Shown here piece by piece: positions 49,733-58,640 of a stretch of DNA of 64,000 nt. A program made the translations under genes and the position numbers. The notes beneath the pieces were generated by a model. The model had not been told where the DNA came from, did no database searches, and worked only from the letters and a program-made list of their open reading frames with translations. Position 1 is the first letter of the stretch; each line of letters begins with the position of its first letter. Origin of the DNA: Sedimentisphaerales bacterium (GTDB lineage: Bacteria > Planctomycetota > Phycisphaerae > Sedimentisphaerales > SM23-30); the NCBI GenBank assembly GCA_963663965.2, contig CAXXFK010000025.1:160001-224000 (forward strand). Reading direction: 5' to 3'.

Positions 49733-51814
49733 TTAACGCAACCACCACCATTTGCGGTGAATGATGCGGATGGTATCATAACCGGAGACGACATAACCAT
49801 CATAGGTTTTCGCGCCGATTTCACAGACGGCTTCAATATCATGCTCGGCCAACTTACGGATATCGATAAAGGCTACCAAATCTTTATCGCCGTCGCCATC
49901 GATATCGCACAGATGCGCCATGACGTGTTTTTTGCGGCATCCCCAGACTTTGACGATGCCATCATCAAAACTGGCGCCGCTCAAGGTGATAGTGGCCGGA
50001 TCGATCAGGGCGGCATCGAAATTTTCATCGGTGATAAATGCCACTGGAACAACCCCGCAGGAATGGAGCACAACCACATTATCATCGGTTCCGGGACGAA
50101 TATCGATTGTCACATCGTAAATGCTTAATGTCACACTGGTAACCACTGTTTCGCTTACCAGACCGTTTTGATCAACGACCGTTAAGGATACTTCCGTCTG
50201 GCCCAGTGGGAATTCGCAATTAACCAGATCGGAATCGATATCGACATCATTGGCCGGATCGCCGTCGCCATCGGTATCATAGGCAGTATTCAAATCCCAG
50301 AGATACGAAACGATGGGAGTGCCGATGGGGCTTTCGCTGGCCGAACCATCCAGTAAGACAGCGCCGCCATCCCAGCTGGTCGCGTGGAACGTATAGGGTC
50401 CGCCGGGATTGGCAACCGGTTTAACCGCCGGGGAAGTCAGGAACGCCAGATCATCCATGGAATATCGCCAGGTATTGGTATCCATATCAGTCATCACCAC
50501 ATACCAGACGCAATTACTGAAAAGCGAATTGGTCGTCGCGTCAATTGCTTCCAGATATTGCGGTTCTTCGGTCAATTCCAATCGATCCGATTCACAAATG
50601 GGATTGCCCTGGCTATCATATCCAACCAGCCAGATTTCGAATGGCGTGTCAATATTTTCCGGTAACAGGCTGGAACTGGCTCTGGCAAACCAGGCGCCTA
50701 AAAGCTGCCCTTCTACATAGATCGCAGGATCGAAACCAAACTCGATGAAGTCCGAACCGCTATTGCCATAATTATAGGCGTATTTCTGGCCGGAATGCGG
50801 CATGGAATAATCCGGTGCGGCCTGCTCTACCCCCAGCCCAACTCGATCGGTTCCCTCATATTTCCAGATCAGACCGGCATAGCTGGCTGGAACAAAGGAA
50901 AAATAGGTCGGAGTTAAATCTTCAAAATCAATGATGATCTGCTGGCCGGGTTCGGCATAAGGATTGACTTGAACGCTGGCCGATACCGCCGGACTCACGG
51001 TTCCGTTGTCATTAATGACAGTCAGGCTGATGTCAGTAATGCCAACCGGGAAAAACGCAGATATAATTTCACCCACCATATCGACATCATCATCCGTGAA
51101 TCCATTGTTGTCGGAATCCACCGCCAGATCCAGGTCCCAGCGCCAATCGACTATCGCAACCCCGGTGGAATCGTAACTTCCACCTCCGTCCAGAGTCACA
51201 TAAGCGCCATCCAGAGTATCGGCGGGAATATACTGATAGGGTCCGCCCGGCACGGCGACAGGATTGTCGGATGGGCCATCCAGAAAATTGATATCATCAA
51301 TAGAGAATTTAACAAATCCATCATTAACCCGAGGTTCGGCAACGATACGCGGGGCATAACCGAATGATTGGCCGGTATTCATATCAATCGCCATTAATTG
51401 CTGAGGTTCACTGGTCACTAATAAATAATCCGTCTGTGCTATAACGTTATCGTCGGTATCATAAGCAACCAGACGAACCTCTTCAGCGGCGCCCGTAGCC
51501 GCATTGGTCACCCAGAGATATTGCAAACGGGCATCGGGATATACCGCCGGATCAAAATCGATCTCGATATAAGGATAACTGACCGGGAAAATATAATTAT
51601 TACCCGTGTGAGGTTCTGAATAATTGGGATTAACCGATTCCGACATAAACCGTACGCCAGGGAAGGATACCCCATCATATGGATATCTGATACTGGTTCC
51701 GGAACTGCTTGATAATCCCTGATCTTCAAAACCGATCTCAATCAATTCGGCGTTTGCCCAAACCACCATGAAACCCAAGGCTACCAGAAAAATTCCAGTC
51801 AATCTCTTACACAT
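49733..51814 (-). CDS. Secreted protein with two tandem (beta-sandwich + PKD-like) modules and a Ca-binding C-terminal domain
   Basis: Signal peptide from MCKRL (GGGAG RBS); duplicated PVA.PGGPY...LDG..S...WDL...D.D..G...ISLTV; C-terminal IDIRPG...VPVA...DIDGDGDKDLV. Confidence 0.8.
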   Translation of the reverse strand: MCKRLTGIFLVALGFMVVWANAELIEIGFEDQGLSSSSGTSIRYPYDGVSFPGVRFMSESVNPNYSEPHTGNNYIFPVSYPYIEIDFDPAVYPDARLQYLWVTNAATGAAEEVRLVAYDTDDNVIAQTDYLLVTSEPQQLMAIDMNTGQSFGYAPRIVAEPRVNDGFVKFSIDDINFLDGPSDNPVAVPGGPYQYIPADTLDGAYVTLDGGGSYDSTGVAIVDWRWDLDLAVDSDNNGFTDDDVDMVGEIISAFFPVGITDISLTVINDNGTVSPAVSASVQVNPYAEPGQQIIIDFEDLTPTYFSFVPASYAGLIWKYEGTDRVGLGVEQAAPDYSMPHSGQKYAYNYGNSGSDFIEFGFDPAIYVEGQLLGAWFARASSSLLPENIDTPFEIWLVGYDSQGNPICESDRLELTEEPQYLEAIDATTNSLFSNCVWYVVMTDMDTNTWRYSMDDLAFLTSPAVKPVANPGGPYTFHATSWDGGAVLLDGSASESPIGTPIVSYLWDLNTAYDTDGDGDPANDVDIDSDLVNCEFPLGQTEVSLTVVDQNGLVSETVVTSVTLSIYDVTIDIRPGTDDNVVVLHSCGVVPVAFITDENFDAALIDPATITLSGASFDDGIVKVWGCRKKHVMAHLCDIDGDGDKDLVAFIDIRKLAEHDIEAVCEIGAKTYDGYVVSGYDTIRIIHRKWWWLR

Positions 51815-52118
51815 AACAACTCCCTTCAAAAACGAACTATCATCATGCCTGACAACCATTGTCAGGTCAGGTATCGATTAAGTTGTTCTCCCTGTGACGT
51901 TCATCTGAAACTAACGTCACCGTATTGTTATGAATGGTATAGAACCGACAAAGCCATTTGTTACCGGCTTGTTAGCTCAATCCCCATATATTAAGTTCGA
52001 TTACTTTATAAACAAATGGGGGAATGAATACAAGAAAAATATCGGTTCTTATCTAACGTCCGATAATCCCACATGCTTGAGGGTTGTTTCTTTTTCGGTT
52101 AAACCTTACGAAACCGAC

Positions 52119-53171
52119 TTATTCCAAGCCAAGTGTCCGCATCAACTCTTTTTCAGCAGTTGTCCGGGGATACACTGTCTTGTTACGTGAAAATGTGTTT
52201 TTGAAATAACTCAATAAATTATAGATATCGTTGTCTATCACTTGTAGAATAATCACATCAGGATCGACATACCTGGCGCGTTCGGTCAGCAATTCCAGTT
52301 CCTGTAAAATCGTATAGCCTCCTTTGCCGGCATTGACCACATCGTGAGCATGAAATTCATACAATAGATTGGGCCAGGTGTCCTGATCGTAAACCAGCGA
52401 ACCAAAGGTAAATGAATCTCCCAGCGCTAAAATGCGTTGTTCAGTCTTGGGAAAGCTCACATCCCGCAACATGCGAAAACCTTGTTTATTAGTCCGTACC
52501 CGATAATGAAAATCCGGATAGGTTTCAACGCGCCGATCCTGACTGGCGGGATGATCTCCCATAACATCCGGTTTGGGTTGAAACTCAGCTTGCGAACGCC
52601 ATTCGGATTGATGACTCAACCAGTCATGAACCGCTTGGCTCACCAGCCAGTTACCGTATCGGTTTAAATGAAAATCTCCCGGCTTGAAGTTGAGCGCCTC
52701 TGGAGAATATCCTGAAAACGTATCTGACAGATCAATCAGATCAATGTGATATTTGTCGGTCAATTGATGAAAGAATTCTCGATACCGACCTCGGTATTCC
52801 GTGGGAATCCATTCATCCTGAGTTGGGATGTAAAGCAGGGCCAGCTGGATTTGATATTGCCGGCAGAAATCGACCAATCGCTTGAAGTAGCTGTCATATT
52901 CCGTCTGTAACTCCGCCAACAAAACCTGTCCCATCGGTTCATGCAATGCCCGCACCAGTTCCTCCGCCTGGGATTCACTGATCATCTGCCGGGCGCGTCG
53001 CCACAGGATTTGTTTCTGGACGATCTCGATGGCATGCGCCAGCGCCAGTTTATGGCCGCTGCTTTTCTGGTAAAAGGCGCATCGCAATCCGATTTCCGCC
53101 AGAATCAACAACACCAGCAAAGGAAGCAGGGCAAAAATGATTGACTGGGTAATGGATCGTCGGGACATCAT
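52119..53171 (-). CDS. Membrane-anchored SGNH/GDSL hydrolase-like protein, circularly permuted
   Basis: N-terminal TM (LILAEIGLR); DFH (block V) precedes LGDSFTFG (I), NAGKGG (II) and DND (III). Confidence 0.8.
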   Translation of the reverse strand: MMSRRSITQSIIFALLPLLVLLILAEIGLRCAFYQKSSGHKLALAHAIEIVQKQILWRRARQMISESQAEELVRALHEPMGQVLLAELQTEYDSYFKRLVDFCRQYQIQLALLYIPTQDEWIPTEYRGRYREFFHQLTDKYHIDLIDLSDTFSGYSPEALNFKPGDFHLNRYGNWLVSQAVHDWLSHQSEWRSQAEFQPKPDVMGDHPASQDRRVETYPDFHYRVRTNKQGFRMLRDVSFPKTEQRILALGDSFTFGSLVYDQDTWPNLLYEFHAHDVVNAGKGGYTILQELELLTERARYVDPDVIILQVIDNDIYNLLSYFKNTFSRNKTVYPRTTAEKELMRTLGLE

Positions 53172-53180
53172 TATCCCATT

Positions 53181-55214
53181 TTAGAAACGCAATGTCAGAC
53201 TGGCATAAATACCACGCTGGATTTCTGAATTAACTGATCCAATATAGGGATCCGCCCCAAATTCCGGATGCTGGTTATCCAGCAGATTCTGCCCCCAGAT
53301 CGCCAAATCGGCATTGGGATTCATATGCCAGGTAACACCGGTATTCATGATCGTATGAGCCGGAACTCCAAGGCCGGCAATATTATCATAATAATATAAT
53401 CCGGTATTCCATTCAACTTCAGGGGTGATATCCACCCAGGACTGCATTTTGACCTGGTTTGTAGGGACATCATCTTCAAAGCCCGTGTCAGGATCATCGT
53501 ATTGGATATCCTGAATGGAATAACTCGACGCCAACCGCCAGTAATCGGTCGGTTGCCATTGAGTAGACGCTTCAAAGCCGTAGATATCGCCTGATTTGGT
53601 ATTCGTCACCTCATAATAGAGAAATCCCACCTCTTTAAAGGCAATCAAACGATCATACTGATTGTAAAATGCCGCAAAATCGAATGTCAGATTCTGTCTG
53701 GGCATAATCCGGTACCCCAGTTCCCAGGCCAGCACTTCTTCGTATTGGATATCGTCCGAACCGCGAAACCTCATGACCACGCCAGGCATGATCGCCTGAA
53801 CAGCGACCCGGCCATATTTCTGGATTGATCCGGGTAATCCTACCGCGCGGGAGACCGAGGCCCAAACCGTCTGTTTATCATCAGGCATCCAGGCCAGACG
53901 GGCGCTGGGTTGGTATTCCAAATCGGTATATTCATTATATTCTAATTTTGTACCCAATGTCAGATAAAGCTGTTTATCAATTAATGGGATCGTATCCTGA
54001 ACAAAACCCGTATAGATATCAAACGCCATTTCATCGTCTATAAAATAGATCTTGCTGGAACGTTGAAACTGGTCCCATTCATGTCGATAACCCAGGCCGG
54101 CAACCAGTTTATGCTCCTCAGTAAACATATAGTTAAACTGATAATCAAAGTCTACGATATGGACCTGTGTTTCGAGATCATCTCCCGGTAAAGGGGTATG
54201 GGTGCCGGTATAATCGTAGTACATCTGCAAGGTGCCTTGAGCGACATCGGAATAGGTCTGATTCAATCGTCCCAGAAGATTCCAGCCTTCATTGGTCGCA
54301 TCGATCGGATAAATCACGTTGGTTCCCGCAAGCACATCAGGCACACTCCAGTTTTCGCTGAACCGGCCCCTGAACGCATCGCCTTGCAAAGTGAACCGCA
54401 TATTTTCCTGGCCATCCCAGTCAATACGGAATCCTCCCTGGCCCAAACCTGAATCATCACTATATCGCGAATTCATATTGGCGGTTTGGTCCGTCTCCAT
54501 ATATTTACCATATAGCCGAAACGCACCTTCATCCCACTGGCCGCCATAACGCAAGGTACTGAAACCGGAATATTCAGTCCCCCCTCCTATTTTGAATAGC
54601 AGGCCCTGAGTTTCGCGTGCCGGTTTGGAGACTATATTGATAATCCCATTAATCGCGTTAGAGCCCCACAGGGTGGCGCCCGGCCCCCGCACGACTTCAA
54701 TTCGATCAATATCCTCCAGAACATAATCTTTCTCTTCCCAATAGACCCCGGAAAACAGAGGGGTAAATAACGTGCGCCCATCCATCTGCACCAGCATGTG
54801 CTGACTGAAGCGGCTGGCCTGTTCGCGTGCACTGATCGCCCATTTATTCCCATCGATCCGGCCAACAAACAAACCGGGCACCGTTCGAAGTTGTTCAGGG
54901 ATTGTCAGAAATCCGTTGCGGCGGATATCTTCATCGCGAATAACATACAAGGCCGCCGGCGCACGGAACAGGGTATCGTTTTCACCACGCGTTACGGAGA
55001 TGACTTCAATATTCATCAAGTCTTCCAGCGAAAGATCCGTTAAATCCTGATCCGAATCCGGAATATCCAGAGTTGCCTGAGACTCAACCCTCTCTATCGG
55101 ATCATCTGGCTCTGTCGGAGTGTCATCCTGTACAGCGCCCGAAAGCCAGCCTGCCAATATGAGATGGATCCATAATGCGGTCTGATACCAAGCCATACCA
55201 TGGGATTGTTGCAT
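53181..55214 (-). CDS. TonB-dependent receptor
   Basis: DLSLEDLMNIEV, plug IDRIEVVRGPGATLWGSNAINGIINI, NLLD, C-terminal YASLTLRF. Confidence 0.93.
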   Translation of the reverse strand: MQQSHGMAWYQTALWIHLILAGWLSGAVQDDTPTEPDDPIERVESQATLDIPDSDQDLTDLSLEDLMNIEVISVTRGENDTLFRAPAALYVIRDEDIRRNGFLTIPEQLRTVPGLFVGRIDGNKWAISAREQASRFSQHMLVQMDGRTLFTPLFSGVYWEEKDYVLEDIDRIEVVRGPGATLWGSNAINGIINIVSKPARETQGLLFKIGGGTEYSGFSTLRYGGQWDEGAFRLYGKYMETDQTANMNSRYSDDSGLGQGGFRIDWDGQENMRFTLQGDAFRGRFSENWSVPDVLAGTNVIYPIDATNEGWNLLGRLNQTYSDVAQGTLQMYYDYTGTHTPLPGDDLETQVHIVDFDYQFNYMFTEEHKLVAGLGYRHEWDQFQRSSKIYFIDDEMAFDIYTGFVQDTIPLIDKQLYLTLGTKLEYNEYTDLEYQPSARLAWMPDDKQTVWASVSRAVGLPGSIQKYGRVAVQAIMPGVVMRFRGSDDIQYEEVLAWELGYRIMPRQNLTFDFAAFYNQYDRLIAFKEVGFLYYEVTNTKSGDIYGFEASTQWQPTDYWRLASSYSIQDIQYDDPDTGFEDDVPTNQVKMQSWVDITPEVEWNTGLYYYDNIAGLGVPAHTIMNTGVTWHMNPNADLAIWGQNLLDNQHPEFGADPYIGSVNSEIQRGIYASLTLRF

Positions 55215-55961
55215 AATATTATCCTTGTATTGAACTTTATTTTTATGACCCTTTTAAAGGACAAAAATAATGATTTCCTGTCATTGACATCGTACCTTTT
55301 CTCATGCCTTTTTAATTCTATCATGATATTATTCTTATAATTTACCACCGTAAAAGCCGCTTTCATAAAATATTCCATACAATGCCATTTTTGCTCTTTT
55401 TATGTTGACCGGATGATATTTTTTAAAAAAAGTGTTTCATTTTCTGAGATTCCGGTTAAAATAGGAGCTTAGTTGGAATTCAATATAAATTGAGGGCAAG
55501 GTAATACCCTGTTTTCAGTATTGAAAAACCAGACTAGACGAATATCACCGATCAGGCCGGCGTATTGGTGGAAAACATCCCAAGGTTTATTCATGACCCT
55601 CTGGGCATGACAAATTGAATTTTGTTATGACAACAAAAAACTGCCGCGAAACTCTGGCATGCAATTTCCAGGGAAATGGCTTTCCTGTGTTATCAATCAT
55701 GCTTGCAGATTATCGGGCTTTTTTAAGTGGAAATAAGGCAGGGATTCAAGTGAGTTGCGCATGATGTCACGCAGTTTTATTCGATAAACCAGGATTGGAC
55801 CTGGTTTGCCTCTATTCATTAACACGACATCCCGCTTATGATAAAGGCTTGCGGATTGCCTTGAATCATATTCACGATTGTTTACTTTTCTCAAACGAAA
55901 AGTTTTTCCCGGGAACCGAAAAACGGTTTCATGCGATTTCATCCTTACCATAGAGAATTTT

Positions 55962-57071
55962 ATGAGCAAAAAGGAAATTGAAGTAAAAGGCATTCTGGAA
56001 ATCATGCCCAAGGGACACGGCTTTCTACGCCAGAAAGCGCTCGGATTTGTATTCAATGGCGATGACCCTTATATCAGCCGTGAGATCATTACCGCCAACA
56101 AATTGCGCGAAGGACTGGAGATTACCGCAACGACCAATGGGATTCAGGGCAACAGCCTGAAGGTCGAGAACATTCTGATGATCAATGGCCATCAACCGGG
56201 CGAATATATGGACTTGATGCCTTATGAAACCCTGACGGTGATCGATCCCAATGAATGGCTAAAGCTGGAAACTGATGGCGGCCCGATGACCACCCGGGTG
56301 ATCGACCTGCTGACTCCCATCGGCAAAGGCCAGCGTGGGTTGATTGTAGCCCCTCCTCGCTCGGGGAAAACCGTCCTGATGCAGCATATGGCCAATGGAA
56401 TCGTCAAGAACCATCCTGACGACTATTTGATGATGCTGCTGGTGGATGAGCGCCCCGAGGAAGTCACCGATATAAAACGTTCGATCGAAGCGGATGTGAT
56501 TGCGTCTTCCAACGACAAGAACGTCAAAAGCCATGTCCGTACCGCCAAACTCGCCATGGAAATGGGCAAACGCAAAATGGAATTCGGACAGGATGTGATT
56601 ATCTTTCTCGATTCCATCACCCGGTTGGGGCGCGCGTTTAACAGCTGGATCCGTTCCAGCGGCCGGACCATGAGCGGCGGATTGGATATCCAGGCGCTGC
56701 AACTGCCCAAACAACTGTTTGGCAGCGCGCGCAATATTGAAGGCGGCGGTTCGCTGACCATTATCGCCACTGCGCTGGTCGATACCGGCAGCCGCATGGA
56801 CGAGGTGATCTTCCAGGAATTTAAAGGAACCGGAAACATGGAACTGGTACTGGATCGACGTCTGGCCAATCGCAGGATTTATCCCTCCTTGAATATTTCT
56901 GAATCAGGCACCCGCAAAGAAGAACTGCTTATACCGCCCCAGGATCTCCAGAAGATCTATCGCCTGCGCCGCCACCTCGACGGCATGCCTTTCGGTCACG
57001 ACATGGAAATGCTGCTCAAAGCGCTGGGGCAGCATAAAACCAACAAGCAATTCCTCGCCGCGTTGCCGTAA
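55962..57071 (+). CDS. rho: Transcription termination factor Rho (short form)
   Basis: GILEIMPKGHGFLR, PIGKGQRGLIVAPPRSGKT, DERPEEVTD, DSITRLGRA, FKGTGNMEL, SGTRKEELL. Confidence 0.96.
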   Translation: MSKKEIEVKGILEIMPKGHGFLRQKALGFVFNGDDPYISREIITANKLREGLEITATTNGIQGNSLKVENILMINGHQPGEYMDLMPYETLTVIDPNEWLKLETDGGPMTTRVIDLLTPIGKGQRGLIVAPPRSGKTVLMQHMANGIVKNHPDDYLMMLLVDERPEEVTDIKRSIEADVIASSNDKNVKSHVRTAKLAMEMGKRKMEFGQDVIIFLDSITRLGRAFNSWIRSSGRTMSGGLDIQALQLPKQLFGSARNIEGGGSLTIIATALVDTGSRMDEVIFQEFKGTGNMELVLDRRLANRRIYPSLNISESGTRKEELLIPPQDLQKIYRLRRHLDGMPFGHDMEMLLKALGQHKTNKQFLAALP

Positions 57072-57116
57072 TCAAGTCTATTAATCCCTGCTTACCTTGG
57101 ACACTTCAAGCACCTT

Positions 57117-57166
57117 TTAACAACACAGTGCACATTAAATACACAGTGTATATTATGTGGTTGACA
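57117..57166 (-). repeat. Left REP-like end: one full inverted copy plus one degenerate tandem hairpin
   Basis: Reverse complement of 57135-57166 is TGTCAACCACATAATATACACTGTGTATTTAA (27/32 vs right end); ACACAGTG core repeated at an 18-nt period (57123 and 57141). Confidence 0.85.
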
Positions 57167-57481
57167 GGGCTTTCGCTGAGTATGAATTGGGTGGGCAATT
57201 TGATCCGGCTCGACAATATCTTTATTGAAGTGTCCTGTGGTATGATCTGGGGTTGATATGGGCAGGGTATGATCGGGTCATCGAATTACCCTGCCCGGTG
57301 GGTATGCTTGGGATTTGAACCATTCTTTGCTGTGTTATGGACCGTTCATGCTCTGGTAAGAAGGTCGGTTGCCCGGCTGCTGGTTTTTGGGGCTATGGTT
57401 GATAGACACTGGGTGTGTTGCATTGATGGGATTGATGCAATTCGGGGGGATCGGATCGCAATTTTGCTGGCTGGGTGGTTG

Positions 57482-58435
57482 TCAACTGGCGTGGACGGCT
57501 TTGAGGGCGAAGAGGCCGGTGGTGGGGAGGGGGATGGGGTTGGTGCGGCGGTGGTATTGGCCGGTTTGTCGGAAGGTTTGGAGTTGCTGGCGGATGTAGG
57601 TTTCGGAGCCGATGGCCAGGCCGTCGATGAAGTGTTTGAACTGTTGCAGGAAGAGGCCGGGGTGGGCGAAGCCCAGGGAGCGTTCGTTTTCGAGGATGGC
57701 GGCGGGGATTGGGGGGTGCTTGGCCTGGGAGTCGGCGTCTGAGGGTGCGAGGTTGCCGCGGTAGGTGAGGCGGTGGGTGTAATCTTTGAGGGCCTGGGGC
57801 TCGGTGGTGCGCTGGTCGAAGAGTTGGTGGAGGGGTAATAGCCAGGCGGCGGCGTGGCGGTTTTGGGTGCGATGGTGGTAGGAGCAGAACTCGTAATCGG
57901 CGGGGTGGGCGGCCTGGCCGGCGCGGACGGGGTTGAGATCGACGTAGAGCATGCAGTCGCGGACGGCGCGTAAGTCTTTGAGAAATAGTGACTTGAAGCG
58001 CGTGGCCCAGAAGCGGCCGCGGCGTTCGAAGGTCTGGTTGTACCATTTGGCGAAGCGGGCCTGGAGGTTGCGGAGGAGCTCGGAGAGGTCGAAGAGGCGG
58101 TCGTTGAAGCGCTGCCATTGGGCCGGGGACCAGTTGGCGATGATTTCCTGGGAGTGGGGGCCGGGGTAGAGGAGGTGGGCGCGGCGGGCGAGTTCGGCGG
58201 GCGGGAGCTGGGATTTGGGGTCGAAGCGGAGAATGAGGTGGTAGTGGTTGCCCATGAGGGCGAAGGCGGCGACTTCGCAGCAGTAGGCGCGGGTGTAGTG
58301 CTGGATGAGGGCGAGGAGTTTGCGCCGGCAGTGGGGCTGCTGGAGCGGGCGGTCGGCGGGTGAGCCGGCGATGCGGCTGTAGACGTGGTAGAAGGCGGCG
58401 AACCGGGTCTGCTTGAAGCGAAGGCGGCAGGACAT
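57482..58435 (-). CDS. REP-associated tyrosine transposase (RAYT, Y1_Tnp/IS200-like HUH)
   Basis: FYHVYSR, AFALMGNHYHLIL (HUH), YN...RRGRFWATRFKS, YVDLNPVRAG (catalytic Tyr), DYEFCSY; AGGAG RBS. Confidence 0.92.
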   Translation of the reverse strand: MSCRLRFKQTRFAAFYHVYSRIAGSPADRPLQQPHCRRKLLALIQHYTRAYCCEVAAFALMGNHYHLILRFDPKSQLPPAELARRAHLLYPGPHSQEIIANWSPAQWQRFNDRLFDLSELLRNLQARFAKWYNQTFERRGRFWATRFKSLFLKDLRAVRDCMLYVDLNPVRAGQAAHPADYEFCSYHHRTQNRHAAAWLLPLHQLFDQRTTEPQALKDYTHRLTYRGNLAPSDADSQAKHPPIPAAILENERSLGFAHPGLFLQQFKHFIDGLAIGSETYIRQQLQTFRQTGQYHRRTNPIPLPTTGLFALKAVHAS

Positions 58436-58503
58436 AACGTAACTCCTTTTATATAAATACGATATACTAATTAATGATTGGTATGAGGGCTTTGGATAGT
58501 TGA

Positions 58504-58532
58504 AGGATAATGGGTGAAGAAAGAGTTGTCAA
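58504..58532 (-). promoter_or_regulatory. Candidate RAYT promoter whose -35 is the TGTCAA of the right end
   Basis: Minus strand: TTGACA, 17-nt spacer, TATCCT. Confidence 0.45.
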
Positions 58533-58559
58533 CAAATTAATATACACTGTGTATATTAA
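58527..58559 (+). repeat. Right REP-like end
   Basis: TGTCAACAAA followed by the perfect palindrome TTAATATACAC-T-GTGTATATTAA (58537-58559). Confidence 0.9.
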
Positions 58560-58640
58560 AAAGAGAAGATATTGCATTTTTAAATGAATTTGCTATACTA
58601 ATTTATTAATTAAAACCGCACCTAAGATGGAGCACGATAA

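Larger units (their letters stand above)
57135..58558 (-). mobile_element. RAYT/REP-like element with inverted palindromic ends
   Basis: GC-rich, strand-skewed insert between rho and tyrS; HUH-Y1 transposase; inverted 32-bp ends. Confidence 0.8.

Noticed and set aside
55655..55670. Sigma54-like TGGCATG-N4-TTCC upstream of rho
   Set aside because: The -12 element lacks the conserved GC; a single weak match
57117..57155. Mini CRISPR array from the repeated ACACAGTG units
   Set aside because: Only two units at an 18-nt period, with no spacers and no cas genes
57138..57165. dif-like site (TGTATATTATGT matches the E. coli dif centre and inner XerD arm), tempting because xerC is in the window
   Set aside because: The XerC arm and outer XerD arm do not match; the sequence is explained by the RAYT end motif
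57269..58363. Alternative ORFs overlapping the RAYT (57269-57742, 57393-58118, 58118-58363)
   Set aside because: Low-complexity Pro/Arg- or Gly/Val-rich products caused by high GC and strand skew
58560..58640. T-box leader for tyrS
   Set aside because: Region is too short and lacks the T-box consensus
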